From positions 3,142,399-3,206,398 of the forward strand of contig OZ252089.1 of NCBI GenBank assembly GCA_965248125.1: 64,000 nt of DNA, in the 5' to 3' direction. Position numbers and translations under genes: made by a program. Positions 29,993 to 40,274 of this stretch are shown here, in pieces. The notes below the pieces were generated by a model that saw only the letters and a list, made by a program, of their open reading frames with translations, did not search any database and was not told where the DNA came from. Source of the stretch: Caldilineaceae bacterium. GTDB taxonomy: Bacteria > Chloroflexota > Anaerolineae > Caldilineales > Caldilineaceae. Each line of letters starts with the position of its first letter. Within the stretch, counting starts at the first letter, position 1.

Positions 29993-31165
29993 ATGTCTGG
30001 AGCGGCGCTAGAGGATCACAGTAGCCCCGGCCTCTTGAATTCAAGTCGGTGGGTCGCGATGCGCGAGCAGCTCACCGGTTATCTCTATATCCTTCCTGCC
30101 AGCATCATCATATTTTGTTTTGGGTTATTTCCGGCAGGATACGCCTTTTACATGAGCCTGCGCCGCTGGCGGGTTGTGGATCGCGGCTTTGTAGGCTTCG
30201 AGAATTACTCAGACGCCTTGGGCGCGCCCGTTGGTGCAATTCAATTCGTATCGGGTTTTTTGATACTGCTTGGTATCTATTACTTGTGGACCCGCGTCGG
30301 CCGCGCCAACAGTCCCCTATTCCTGCATGCTCGCGTAGGCAGCCTTTTGCTATTGGGCGTCGCGGTCTTTTTAATCACTCAAGGGTGGCAAGTCATGCAA
30401 GTCACCGGTGATGACCGATTCTTGGGTTCGCTACCAGTCACCTTCTATTTTGCCTTCGGGTCCATCCCGCTGCAGTTGGTAATCTCCTTGGGTCTGGCCT
30501 ACGTGTTGTATCAAAAAATCCAAGGTCAGGAAGCCTTTCGGATTATCTTTTTCCTGCCTTATATCACGCCGGTAATAGCCACGGCCCTGGTTTTTCGCAA
30601 TATATTCAGCCCACGAGAAGTCTCTCTGATCAACCGTGTGGTCACCTTGTTTGATTTGGAACCCCAGCGGTGGCTCTTCGAGCCGGACCGGCTGATCAAC
30701 ATCCTCTTGGATACAAGGTTGGGAGGAGTGCTGGCTGGCCCGAGTCTGGCCCTGATCTCCATCATCTTGTTCGGCATCTGGACCTATGTGGGATATAACA
30801 CGGTCATATTTCTAGCTGGCTTGGGGAGTATTGACCGGGTCTTCTACGAAGCGGCCGAAATTGACGGAGCTGGCAAGTGGCATCAGCTTCGCTTCATTAC
30901 GGTACCGTTGCTCTCTCCCATCACTTTTTATCTTTCGATCATCGGATTCATTGGCACTTTTAAGGCCTTCAATCACATTTATGTCATGCTGGAGCCTTCT
31001 GCCCAGACGACTGTGATTACCACCAGCGTCAATGTCTTCAATACCTTCTACAAGGGAAACCAATTTGGCTATGCCTCAGCTCAAGCCGTACTGCTGCTGG
31101 GCGTCATCCTCTACCTAACCTTTGTGCAGACCCGCATTCTGGGCGAAAGAGTGTTCTATGGCTGA
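29993..31165 (+). CDS. Carbohydrate ABC transporter permease (CUT1, MalF-like)
   Basis: Multiple TM segments and an EAA-loop-like YEAAEIDGAGKWHQLRFITVP. ATG 29993 with AGGAGA upstream. Confidence 0.85.
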   Translation: MSGAALEDHSSPGLLNSSRWVAMREQLTGYLYILPASIIIFCFGLFPAGYAFYMSLRRWRVVDRGFVGFENYSDALGAPVGAIQFVSGFLILLGIYYLWTRVGRANSPLFLHARVGSLLLLGVAVFLITQGWQVMQVTGDDRFLGSLPVTFYFAFGSIPLQLVISLGLAYVLYQKIQGQEAFRIIFFLPYITPVIATALVFRNIFSPREVSLINRVVTLFDLEPQRWLFEPDRLINILLDTRLGGVLAGPSLALISIILFGIWTYVGYNTVIFLAGLGSIDRVFYEAAEIDGAGKWHQLRFITVPLLSPITFYLSIIGFIGTFKAFNHIYVMLEPSAQTTVITTSVNVFNTFYKGNQFGYASAQAVLLLGVILYLTFVQTRILGERVFYG

Positions 31166-32075
31166 AGGCACACAGGTATTGTCCCTGCCTAAGACCAGCA
31201 CTGAAGCCACGGCTGGCAAACGGGAACGCGATTGGTCTTACTTGTCGGGCCGCCTCTTTCTCTATCTGATATTGCTGTTTGGCGCTTTCATCTCACTGGT
31301 GCCTTTCGCCTGGATGCTTTCAGCCTCCTTGATGTCCTACGGTGAAACCGCAACTCGGCGCCTGATACCAGACGTGCCGCAATTCTTCAATTACATTCAA
31401 GCTTGGCGCGAGGCAAATTTCGCCCGTTACTTTATGAACAGCATTGTGATTACAGGCACGACGTTGTTAGGCCAGTTGGCAACATCCGTGCTGGCTGCCT
31501 ATGCCTTTGCCCGCATTCGCTTCAAAGGCCGAGATCTTGTTTTTGGAATCATGTTAAGCACCATGATGATTCACGGCATGGTGACCATGATTCCCAACTT
31601 CCTTGTCATCTCCAACCGGGTGGCCTTCATCCCCCTGCCTGGCGGCTCCTGGATCAATTCGTTGCAGGGCATCACTGCTCCATACCTTGCCAGCGTCTTC
31701 AGCATCTTCTTACTGCGTCAGTTCTTTGCCCAGATTCCCTTTGAATTATGGGATGCAGCCCGTATCGATGGCTCCGGACACAATAAGTTCCTGGTCCGGA
31801 TTGTGGTGCCCATGAGCAGGCCAGCCCTATTCACGGTGGCCATATTTGCTTTTATCAATGCTTGGAATGACTTCCTATGGCCTTTGTTGGTAACCACCAC
31901 GGAGCAGTGGCGTCCGATTATGGTAGGCCTTTGGTCTTTCTCACGCGAAGCGGGTCCGGAGACCCAGCTCTTGATGGCGGGGTCCGTAATTACTATTTGG
32001 CCTATCCTCGTTATCTATTTCCTGACTCAGAAGCAATTCACTGAAGGTATTGCTCTAACGGGTCTAAAAGGCTAA
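31158..32075 (+). CDS. Carbohydrate ABC transporter permease (CUT1, MalG-like)
   Basis: EAA loop WDAARIDGSGHNKFLVRIVVP. The ATG overlaps the upstream stop (ATGGCTGA). Confidence 0.85.
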   Translation: MAEGTQVLSLPKTSTEATAGKRERDWSYLSGRLFLYLILLFGAFISLVPFAWMLSASLMSYGETATRRLIPDVPQFFNYIQAWREANFARYFMNSIVITGTTLLGQLATSVLAAYAFARIRFKGRDLVFGIMLSTMMIHGMVTMIPNFLVISNRVAFIPLPGGSWINSLQGITAPYLASVFSIFLLRQFFAQIPFELWDAARIDGSGHNKFLVRIVVPMSRPALFTVAIFAFINAWNDFLWPLLVTTTEQWRPIMVGLWSFSREAGPETQLLMAGSVITIWPILVIYFLTQKQFTEGIALTGLKG

Positions 32076-32157
32076 GAGATTGGCGTTTGTCTAGTATTGT
32101 TGGGTTGTTATTGTGATCTCTTTCCCTGTCCATTTGTTTACAAGGAGTCTCAATTCG

Positions 32158-33528
32158 ATGACACATAGAGTATTGAAGTTTATAGCGTTGGCACTGGCTA
32201 TGATTGTCCTGCTGGCAGCTTGTGCGGTGGCACCCCCCGCAACGGCTCCGGCCATGGAAGAAACCGATGACGACATGATGGCCGGCGGTGCCTGGGATTC
32301 GGTAGATCCATCTGGGCAGGAAGTTTCCTTTTGGTATCAGCACTCTGGTGCGCGGGCGGAAGTCCTTGAGGAAATCATCAGCGAATTCAACACAAACAAT
32401 GAATGGGGTATTACGGTAGTAGGTTCCCCGCAGGGCGGCTACGGCGATATCTTCAACAAGATGTTAGCCGTCATTGGTACATCTGATGTGCCCAATCTAT
32501 TGGTGGCTTACCAAAACCAGGCGGCCAGTTATCAGCTGGGCGAAGGCCTAGTAGACATGCGGGAAATGGTTGACAGTGACGTTTGGGGCCTGTCTGAAGA
32601 GGACAAAGCAGACTTTTTCCCGGGCTTCTATAACGCAGATATCTTCCCCTCGTTTGATAACGCGCGCTTGGGTTTCCCCCCCAATCGCTCAATAGAGATT
32701 TTGTACTACAACTCAGACTGGCTGGCAGAAATGGGTTATGACGGCCCTCCAACAACGCCGGCAGAATTCAAAGAGATGGCCTGCGCTGCCACAGCTCAAC
32801 CCTTCAGCGGAGCTGTCACTGACACCAAGAACTTGGGTTTTCAGCTTGCTTTGGACGCATCGACTATTGCCAGTCTGACCTTCGCCTTTGGTGGCAACAT
32901 CTTCGACTATGACAATGTGGCCTACAAATATGACGGTCAGGCGACCATAGATGCGATGACAATGATGCAGGAGCTGTTTGCAGAAGGATGCGCCGTCCTT
33001 CCTGCCGAGCGGTACGGTGACCAGACAGATTTTGGTAACGGCACCACCTTGTTCAATGTCAGTTCCAGTTCCGGCCTGCCGTATTATGCAGGCGCCGTGG
33101 AAGCCGGAGCTGCTTTCAACTGGGGCGTCGGCCCATTGCCGCACACCACGGATGAACCCGTCGTAAACGTGTACGGTGCCAGTGTCAGCATTGGTCAATC
33201 CACACCCGAGAAGGAACTGGCCACTTGGCTGTTCATTAAGTACTACACTTCCCCCGAGGTGCAGGCGAAATGGGCCCAGGCCAGCAACTATTTCCCAGTG
33301 CGCCAAAGTGTCGCGGAGGGACTATCAGACTATTTCGCGTCCAATCCCAACTATGAAATCGCCTTCAGCCTTTTGCAGTATGGCAACTCTGAGCCTCCCG
33401 TCCCCGGTTACGACTTTGTGCGTAGCCGTGTGTCAGAGGTCATGGCGGCCATCGTGGACGGGGAGGACGTGGCAACCTCCCTGGCAGAATTGACAGTGGA
33501 AGCCAACGAGATCTTGGATGACCAGTAA
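32158..33528 (+). CDS. Extracellular solute-binding protein (family 1) lipoprotein
   Basis: Lipobox LLAAC after MTHRVLKFIALALAMIV. AAGGAG RBS. Last gene of the permease operon. Confidence 0.85.
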   Translation: MTHRVLKFIALALAMIVLLAACAVAPPATAPAMEETDDDMMAGGAWDSVDPSGQEVSFWYQHSGARAEVLEEIISEFNTNNEWGITVVGSPQGGYGDIFNKMLAVIGTSDVPNLLVAYQNQAASYQLGEGLVDMREMVDSDVWGLSEEDKADFFPGFYNADIFPSFDNARLGFPPNRSIEILYYNSDWLAEMGYDGPPTTPAEFKEMACAATAQPFSGAVTDTKNLGFQLALDASTIASLTFAFGGNIFDYDNVAYKYDGQATIDAMTMMQELFAEGCAVLPAERYGDQTDFGNGTTLFNVSSSSGLPYYAGAVEAGAAFNWGVGPLPHTTDEPVVNVYGASVSIGQSTPEKELATWLFIKYYTSPEVQAKWAQASNYFPVRQSVAEGLSDYFASNPNYEIAFSLLQYGNSEPPVPGYDFVRSRVSEVMAAIVDGEDVATSLAELTVEANEILDDQ

Positions 33529-33585
33529 GCGTGGGTGACCTGTGCGGGTAGTACAGCTGCTCAGGTCAGGTAAGTACTTAACTGC

Positions 33586-33613
33586 ATGGAGGGGAGCTTG
33601 GGCTCCCCTCCAT
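33586..33613 (+). terminator. Intrinsic terminator after the solute-binding protein (SBP) gene
   Basis: 12 bp perfect stem atggaggggagc / gctcccctccat with loop ttgg, followed by tgattctc. Confidence 0.6.
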
Positions 33614-33750
33614 TGATTCTCGGGAGAACCAACGAGAGTCAAACAGTTCTTGCCACAATGGGCTCGAGGTATACACTAGAATAACGGCACGGCTGAACTG
33701 GCGACAGTCATTCCCAGACTTTGGGTCCGATCAATACCGGACAGGCACTC

Positions 33751-36249
33751 ATGGCAGTTTCCAAACTTCCCAGCACCACGCAGGCTTTCCCAGACACCAC
33801 ACGCTTACAAATGCCAGTGCAGGGCATGCATTGCACGGGCTGCGCCCATGCCATAGAAGTCACCCTCGATTTGGCTGAGGGCGTGTCTGAAGTGTCCGTC
33901 AGTTATCCGCTGGCCCGGGCTGACCTTTCCTACGATCCCCACCAGATTTCTCTGCCGCAGATCCACGAATTGGTGAAGGATTTAGGGTACTCCATCCCCG
34001 CCGAAACCACTCGTTTCAAAATACAAGGCATGACTTGCACGGGGTGCTCAGACGGCATTCAGAAGAACCTCGCCCGCATTCCTGGAGTGGTCTCAGCCAG
34101 CGTCAGCCTGCCACAGGAAGAAGCGGTTGTTGAGTTCCTGTCCAGCGCTGTTACGCCTGAGGAGCTACTAACTAAGGTCAAGGATTTGGGTTACCAACCC
34201 GTAGCCACTGCAGCGCCTTCTGAGGCGCTGAGAACAGGGGAACCGGCACAGCCGCCGGACTGGCGCAAAGTTAAATTGATTACGGCCATTGTCGGCAGTG
34301 CCTCCATCTTCATTTTGAACATGATACTGCCTTTAATCTGGTCCGTGCCTGCGCCTATTCAAGAGTGGGTGGGACTGGGCCTGGCGGCCATCCTCCAAGT
34401 GTGGGTGGGAGCCGAGTTTCACCAACGGGCCTGGAAGTCACTGCGCTCCGGTCTATGGGGTATGGATTTGCTGGTCTCGCTGGGTTCCAATGTGGCCTTC
34501 CTGACTGGGCTAAGTGTGCTGTTGCTCAATCTGGATCGAAGTCTGTTTCCCCTCTTCTTTGAATCGGCAGCTTTCATCATCACTTTCATTTACCTCGGCC
34601 GGTATCTGGAGGCCCGTACTCGCCGCCAAACCGGGGAGGCCATTCGGGGCCTCATGTCTCTACAGCCAGCCACGGCCCAGCGCGTGCGGGGTACCGACGT
34701 GACTGAAGTGCCTCTGGCCGAAGTAGGAGTGGATGACACCTTGCTGGTACGGGCCGGAGACACAGTTCCGGTGGACGGGACTGTTCTTACAGGCGAGAGT
34801 ACCGTTGATGAGTCTGTGCTGACCGGAGAAAGCCTTCCAGTCTACAAGCAGACCGGAAGCGAAGTCTGGGGCGGCACATCCAATTTGGAAGGTGCCTTTC
34901 AGATGTCGGCCCAGGCTGTGGGCCAGGAGACCGCGGTGGCACGCATTGCCGGCACGGTTGAGAAGGCCCTTCTGTCTCGAGCTCCTGTACAGTCGCTGGC
35001 AGACAGAGTGGCCTCTGTCTTTGTACCCATAATTCTGGCTTTGGCCGCCGGTACCGCCCTGGTCTGGGGCTTTTGGGGCGCTGTCCACTTCTATCCGGGG
35101 GCCTCAGCGTTGAGCATAAGCCTGCTCTTCGCTACTTCTGTACTGCTCATAAGTTGTCCTTGCGCGTTGGGTCTGGCTACACCCACGGCCATGATCGCCG
35201 GCACAGCCATAGCTGCGCGACGCGGCATCCTGGTCAAAAATGCCGCCGCTCTGCAGGAACTGGCAGCTGTGAATGTCCTAGTTTTTGACAAGACAGGGAC
35301 GGTCACTACAGGCCAACCTCAAGTGCAAGGAATATTCGTCAGTCCCAACGGGGATCTGTCTTCAAAGGAGATGTTGGGGGTAGCCGCCAGCGCCCTGCAG
35401 GGCAGTGCTCATCCCATTAGTCAAGCCATATTGGGGGCAGCCCAGGAACAGGGACTTTCTCTGGAGAAAGCTGAAGAATTCCAAAGCCTGACAGGCAAAG
35501 GCGTGCGAGCTTCAGTCGGAGGTCGAGAAGTATTGGTAGGCAGTCCAGCTTTCTTGCAGGAACAGGGACTGGACCTGGGGGATTGGCAGTCTCAACTTAA
35601 GGCCAGCCAAGTCAGCGGTCAGAATGCTACGTTTGTAGCCAGCGACCAGCTGGTCTGGGGTTACTTCGCCGTGGCCGATGCCCTGAAAGAAGGCGCACCG
35701 GAATTCGTACAATCTGCACGGAGTACCGGCATTTCCCTGCGTATGCTGTCAGGGGACAATCAGGCCACAGCCGCGGCTGTGGCGGTTGAGATGGGACTGG
35801 ACCCAGCCTCTGAAGTCACCAGCCAGATGCTACCCGAAGAAAAGGCGCAGATTATCGCCGGTCTACAGGCGAAGGGCCAGAAAGTTTGTATGGTGGGTGA
35901 TGGTGTCAACGACGCGCCGGCCTTGGCACAGGCCGACGTCGGCATGGCCATGTCCGCTGGCCACAATATAGCCTTGGAGACAGCTGATGTTGGGATTTTG
36001 AGCCAGGATCTGCAACGAATTCCACAATCCCTGGCGTTGGGTCAACGGGTGATGCGGATTGTGAAGCAAAACCTCTTCTGGGCCTTCTTCTACAACGTTG
36101 CGGCCATACCTCTGGCCGCGGGGCTTTTCGTACCTTTCTGGGGACCTGCCGTAAAACTGCATCCGGCTATAGCTGCAGGGGCGATGGCTCTGAGCAGCCT
36201 GTTCGTCGTGCACAACAGCCTGCGGATATATCGAACTCGAAAAATCTGA
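33751..36249 (+). CDS. copA: Copper-translocating P1B-type ATPase with two N-terminal HMA domains
   Basis: Motifs GMHCTGCAHA and GMTCTGCSDG (CxxC), TM CPC (SCPCALGLATP), DKTGT, GDGVNDAP. The ORF opens at TTG 33721; the first ATG is 33751. Confidence 0.9.
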   Translation: MAVSKLPSTTQAFPDTTRLQMPVQGMHCTGCAHAIEVTLDLAEGVSEVSVSYPLARADLSYDPHQISLPQIHELVKDLGYSIPAETTRFKIQGMTCTGCSDGIQKNLARIPGVVSASVSLPQEEAVVEFLSSAVTPEELLTKVKDLGYQPVATAAPSEALRTGEPAQPPDWRKVKLITAIVGSASIFILNMILPLIWSVPAPIQEWVGLGLAAILQVWVGAEFHQRAWKSLRSGLWGMDLLVSLGSNVAFLTGLSVLLLNLDRSLFPLFFESAAFIITFIYLGRYLEARTRRQTGEAIRGLMSLQPATAQRVRGTDVTEVPLAEVGVDDTLLVRAGDTVPVDGTVLTGESTVDESVLTGESLPVYKQTGSEVWGGTSNLEGAFQMSAQAVGQETAVARIAGTVEKALLSRAPVQSLADRVASVFVPIILALAAGTALVWGFWGAVHFYPGASALSISLLFATSVLLISCPCALGLATPTAMIAGTAIAARRGILVKNAAALQELAAVNVLVFDKTGTVTTGQPQVQGIFVSPNGDLSSKEMLGVAASALQGSAHPISQAILGAAQEQGLSLEKAEEFQSLTGKGVRASVGGREVLVGSPAFLQEQGLDLGDWQSQLKASQVSGQNATFVASDQLVWGYFAVADALKEGAPEFVQSARSTGISLRMLSGDNQATAAAVAVEMGLDPASEVTSQMLPEEKAQIIAGLQAKGQKVCMVGDGVNDAPALAQADVGMAMSAGHNIALETADVGILSQDLQRIPQSLALGQRVMRIVKQNLFWAFFYNVAAIPLAAGLFVPFWGPAVKLHPAIAAGAMALSSLFVVHNSLRIYRTRKI

Positions 36250-36288
36250 TTTCCCTCCGCCCTAACTGAGCAAACAAATTCTGCCACC

Positions 36289-37905
36289 TTGGCTATGATT
36301 GTTCTATCGCCAAGGCTGTGGTGGTTCACAGGCTGCTTTTTGTTGGCCGCCACTTGGCTGTTGACCGGAGTACCGGTAGCAGCACAGGGGGAAGAGCCAG
36401 TCCCGCCAGTAACACCTGACCAGGCCTATGGGCAGGTGGGCGCCCAGATATACTTCACCAACTGTGCTCCTTGTCATGGAGACGCCGGGGCAGGAAACGG
36501 TCCGGTTCTGCAGGACAAGGAAACCAACATGATCGATTTCCGGGATCCCACTGTGCTGGACGCTGAGCGTTCCCCGTTCCTGTGGCAGCAAGTTACAGCG
36601 GAGGGCCGTATCGAGTTCCTCATGCCCCCCTGGCAAAACCAAATTACGGATGAGCAGATGTGGGACGTTGTGGCTTACTTGTGGCAACTGTCCACTTCGG
36701 CGGAGGAATTGGCCAGAGGGGCCGAGTTGTGGCGCTCAATGGCGGGTGAAGCGGACCGATTAACCTCGGGGGAGCAAGCGATAGCCCTGTCCCTAGAGGA
36801 ATGGCAGGCCGGGTTTGCCCAGAACCTGTCTGAGGAGTCAAGATCACAGTTCTCAGAAGAGGACTGGGCCGCTGTTTATAGGAACCTGCAATCGCAGGTA
36901 CTTACTCCAAGTTGGGAACCCCTGTCGCAAGAGGGTCGAGGCTCTCTCTCAGTCCTCTTGCAGCCTCTTTCTCCCGGCATGACGCTGCCTCTGGATCTCC
37001 CGGTGCGGTTGAAGGCGCAAGTGGGGCACTTGCAGGCAGGCAATTGGGAAAGCCTTGCAGCTGGAACCAACCCGCTCGTTTTTCGAGATCTTGACACTTC
37101 CCCCCGGATTTCTTACGCGGCTGAAGTGGAATGGGAAGACCTGGCTTTCCAGTCAGAACCGATATCGTTCGCCTCTGGGGAAGAAATCGCTGAAGTCGAA
37201 GTGGATGTCTTTGCGGTCTCGTCTACCCAGGCCGCTATCGCCATCAACAAGCTACAGATACTACTGGCTTTAGCCGAAGACAGCATCTTGGTCGGCCAGC
37301 AGGCGTTGGCAGCCAATTCACTTCCCTATGTGTTCACAGGCCGAATCCAGGAGGACCTGAAAGAACCCGTGACCGTGGAAATTCCGCTGTTCCCAGGGGC
37401 CATTGAAGTCACTTTGGCCGAGGAAGACGGCACACGGTTTGAGGTAGGCAAAAACAGAGTTTATGACAAATCACCTTTGTTTCCCTTGCCCACAGGAACT
37501 TGGTCCACCTTGGGATACGGTTTGCCTTTGCCCGCACCAGGTGATTCCTGGGTCCAGTCCTGGAACTACCCTACCTCTGACATTACAGTTCTGGTACCAC
37601 AGGGCGCGGGCCTGCAGGTAGAAATACCTGGATTTGAGCGAAGGGGGACCCGAGAGATTGGGGGCGTGTCCCACGACATCTGGCATGCGGCTGCTTTGCC
37701 TAACGGGCAAGTGGAGATTCAGTTTACGGAGGTGCCCGCAGAAGTCTCAATTGCCGAAACATTGCCGACGGTACAACAGATGCCCCCTTGGCTGCCGTGG
37801 TCCACCGCAGCGTTCCTTTTCCTGCTGCTGACATTTTATATAATTTTTGCCAGAGGTGGAACCAGACACCAGAGGGGGAATCCTCCGACCTCTCAAGTTC
37901 CCTAA
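36289..37905 (+). CDS. Membrane-anchored cytochrome c domain protein with a roughly 380 aa domain of unknown function
   Basis: Signal-like N-terminus, heme motif CAPCHG, distal Met context FLMPPW, C-terminal TM helix WLPWSTAAFLFLLLTFYIIFA plus a basic tail. Starts 39 nt after copA. Confidence 0.7.
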   Translation: MAMIVLSPRLWWFTGCFLLAATWLLTGVPVAAQGEEPVPPVTPDQAYGQVGAQIYFTNCAPCHGDAGAGNGPVLQDKETNMIDFRDPTVLDAERSPFLWQQVTAEGRIEFLMPPWQNQITDEQMWDVVAYLWQLSTSAEELARGAELWRSMAGEADRLTSGEQAIALSLEEWQAGFAQNLSEESRSQFSEEDWAAVYRNLQSQVLTPSWEPLSQEGRGSLSVLLQPLSPGMTLPLDLPVRLKAQVGHLQAGNWESLAAGTNPLVFRDLDTSPRISYAAEVEWEDLAFQSEPISFASGEEIAEVEVDVFAVSSTQAAIAINKLQILLALAEDSILVGQQALAANSLPYVFTGRIQEDLKEPVTVEIPLFPGAIEVTLAEEDGTRFEVGKNRVYDKSPLFPLPTGTWSTLGYGLPLPAPGDSWVQSWNYPTSDITVLVPQGAGLQVEIPGFERRGTREIGGVSHDIWHAAALPNGQVEIQFTEVPAEVSIAETLPTVQQMPPWLPWSTAAFLFLLLTFYIIFARGGTRHQRGNPPTSQVP

Positions 37906-38452
37906 CCAGACCAACACCAGGGTAAGTAGCAAATTTGGCAGATCTTTGACCGACCTAGAAAGGCTGCCTAACGGCCCGTGAGTCGCTTGGTCAGGAATGG
38001 TTAGGCTTCCTCCGCCAAAGACCTTGTATGTAACAGGAGCAGATAGGTAACTTCAATTGGGACCCATCGCCTGCCAAGGATCCAGCTATTGGACCCTCAG
38101 CCAGCCCCTTGCGGTGTTGCGGCAGGCCAGCGGCGGCGACCAGTTTTCAAGTGAATGTCTCCAAGGCCAAGGTGACACCTGGAACAATAAGGGTTCACTG
38201 GCTGAAAGGAAAGTTGCCTCGAGAACAGATGCAGCCAGATCCCCCTTTGTGGCACCCCGTCCGGAAGATCTGGCCAACGCCCTATTTCCAGATCCGCAAT
38301 CTGGGAATAGAGAGCTCATAGCCTAGGCCTCATGGTGGGGCGTCCAGTGCTCTGCATACTCCCTTTGGGTATCTCCTAGTTAAACGTTAGAATCCGATTG
38401 GCGCCTTTCCCTGATTCTGGGAACCGTTGGTAATTTCTTCTTCTCAATTCCT

Positions 38453-39256
38453 ATGATCCTTGAGCGTTTTTCTCTTTCCGGGCTCAATGCCGTGGTTTCT
38501 GGGGCCGCCAATGGGCTGGGCAAGGCCATGGCCATTGCCTTCGCTGAAGCAGGGGCCAACCTGCTGTTGGCAGATCGAGAAATTGAAGGCTTGGAAGAGA
38601 CAGCCCATGCGTTGTCGCATCTTGAGGTACGGGTAAATCCTTACCCTTGTGATGTTTCGGAACCGGATCGGATCGAAGGCTTGTTCAGCACTCTTGATCG
38701 TGAATTCGGGACCATAGAGATCCTGGGAAATGTGGCAGGTGATGGCGTTCTGGGTGCCCCGGAGGAGATTCCCATATCCACAGTGAAGCAAGTCTTGCAG
38801 AACCTGGTAGTAGGTCGATTCTGCATGTGCCAGCAGGCAGGGAAAAGGATGTTGCCCCGGCGTAACGGCAGCATCATTAACCTAGGATCCTTGGCTAGCA
38901 TCACAGCATTGGGCAGGGGACACATTGCTTACAGCATGGCCATGGGCGCCGTGGTCCAGATGACCAGAGAACTCAGCACAGAATGGAGCGGCCGCGGGGT
39001 ACGTGTAAACGCCATATTGCCGGCGCAGGTACTTAACCGCGGCTTGGCCCAACGCATGTCTGCGGATCCCGACCTGGAAGCCCGGTTCATTTCGGGGATT
39101 CCCAGAGGTCGGATGGGTGACCCACAAGACATTCAGGGGTTGGCCGTACTGCTGGCCTCCCCCGCTTCCACTTGGATTACAGGGGCCATAATCCCTATGG
39201 ACGGCGGCAATCTAGCAATGAACGCTGGGGGAACCCCAGGTTCCGCCGGCCCTTAG
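38453..39256 (+). CDS. Short-chain dehydrogenase/reductase (SDR)
   Basis: Motifs VVSGAANGLGKAMA, NLGS, and YSMAMGAV (YxxxK-like region). 267 aa. Confidence 0.85.
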   Translation: MILERFSLSGLNAVVSGAANGLGKAMAIAFAEAGANLLLADREIEGLEETAHALSHLEVRVNPYPCDVSEPDRIEGLFSTLDREFGTIEILGNVAGDGVLGAPEEIPISTVKQVLQNLVVGRFCMCQQAGKRMLPRRNGSIINLGSLASITALGRGHIAYSMAMGAVVQMTRELSTEWSGRGVRVNAILPAQVLNRGLAQRMSADPDLEARFISGIPRGRMGDPQDIQGLAVLLASPASTWITGAIIPMDGGNLAMNAGGTPGSAGP

Positions 39257-39291
39257 TAAACTGCTTTGATCCCCAATTGGAGAAGTATTGC

Positions 39292-40254
39292 ATGAGGCCC
39301 CCTGACGTCTTGGATTTTTATCGCGGCATGCTGCAGATTAGGAATACGGAGGAACAGCTCGTCCGCGCCTATAGGAACGGGGAAATCATGGGTGCATGCC
39401 ACACGTATAATGGGCAGGAGGCTGTGGCAGTGGGAGTTTGCGCCCACTTGACCCCCAAAGACGTAATTTTCTCGACGCACAGGGGCCACGGACACGCCCT
39501 GGCCAAGGGCGTGTCAGCAGATGCAATGGCTGCTGAGATGTTCGGCCGGGCCACAGGCATCTCCAGAGGCCGCGGCGGCAGCATGCACCTATTTGCCCCT
39601 GAAGTTGGCATGATGGGTACTACTGGCATCGTAGGTCCGAACATTCTGCAAGCGACAGGTGCCGCCTATGCCTTTCAACTCTTGGAAAAAGAAGAGGTGG
39701 CCGTGGCTTTCTTTGGAGATGGCGCCGTAAACAACGGCGCTTTTCACGAAGGCCTGAATTTAGCCACTATTTGGAAACTGCCTGTTATTTTTGTGTGTGA
39801 GAACAATCTGTACGCTACCGAAATCGCCTTCTCTTACTCTTCAGGCAACCCGAAAGTCGCCAATAGGGCTGATGCCTATGGGTTACCGGGAGAAGCCATA
39901 GACGGCAACGATGTTATGAAAGTGTGGGAGACCGCCGGACAGATGCTAGAACGGGCCCGCAAGGGTGGGGGTCCAAGTTTGTTGGAATGCAAGACTTACC
40001 GCACTCGAGCCCACGCCGAAGGCATGCCTGAGGTCGGCTATCGTTCCCAGGAGGAAGTCGAATCCTGGAAACAAAGAGATCCCATCACTCGCCACCGGGC
40101 ATTTTTGTTAGCCCAAGGGGTGGCGACTCCCGAAGGCCTGGAGGAATTGGAGGCCGCATCCCTGCGGGCTGCAACCGAGGCCATGGAGTTCGCGAGGACC
40201 AGCCCTTGGCCGGATCCTGCCACGGCCACCAAAAACGTCTTCACGGAGACATAG
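39292..40254 (+). CDS. 2-oxoacid (acetoin/pyruvate/branched-chain) dehydrogenase E1 alpha subunit, TPP-dependent
   Basis: TPP motif FFGDGAVNNGAFHEGLNLA and RTRAHAEG. ATG 39292 with GGAGAA upstream. Confidence 0.9.
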   Translation: MRPPDVLDFYRGMLQIRNTEEQLVRAYRNGEIMGACHTYNGQEAVAVGVCAHLTPKDVIFSTHRGHGHALAKGVSADAMAAEMFGRATGISRGRGGSMHLFAPEVGMMGTTGIVGPNILQATGAAYAFQLLEKEEVAVAFFGDGAVNNGAFHEGLNLATIWKLPVIFVCENNLYATEIAFSYSSGNPKVANRADAYGLPGEAIDGNDVMKVWETAGQMLERARKGGGPSLLECKTYRTRAHAEGMPEVGYRSQEEVESWKQRDPITRHRAFLLAQGVATPEGLEELEAASLRAATEAMEFARTSPWPDPATATKNVFTET

Positions 40255-40274
40255 AACCAAAGGTGAGTTCAGTC

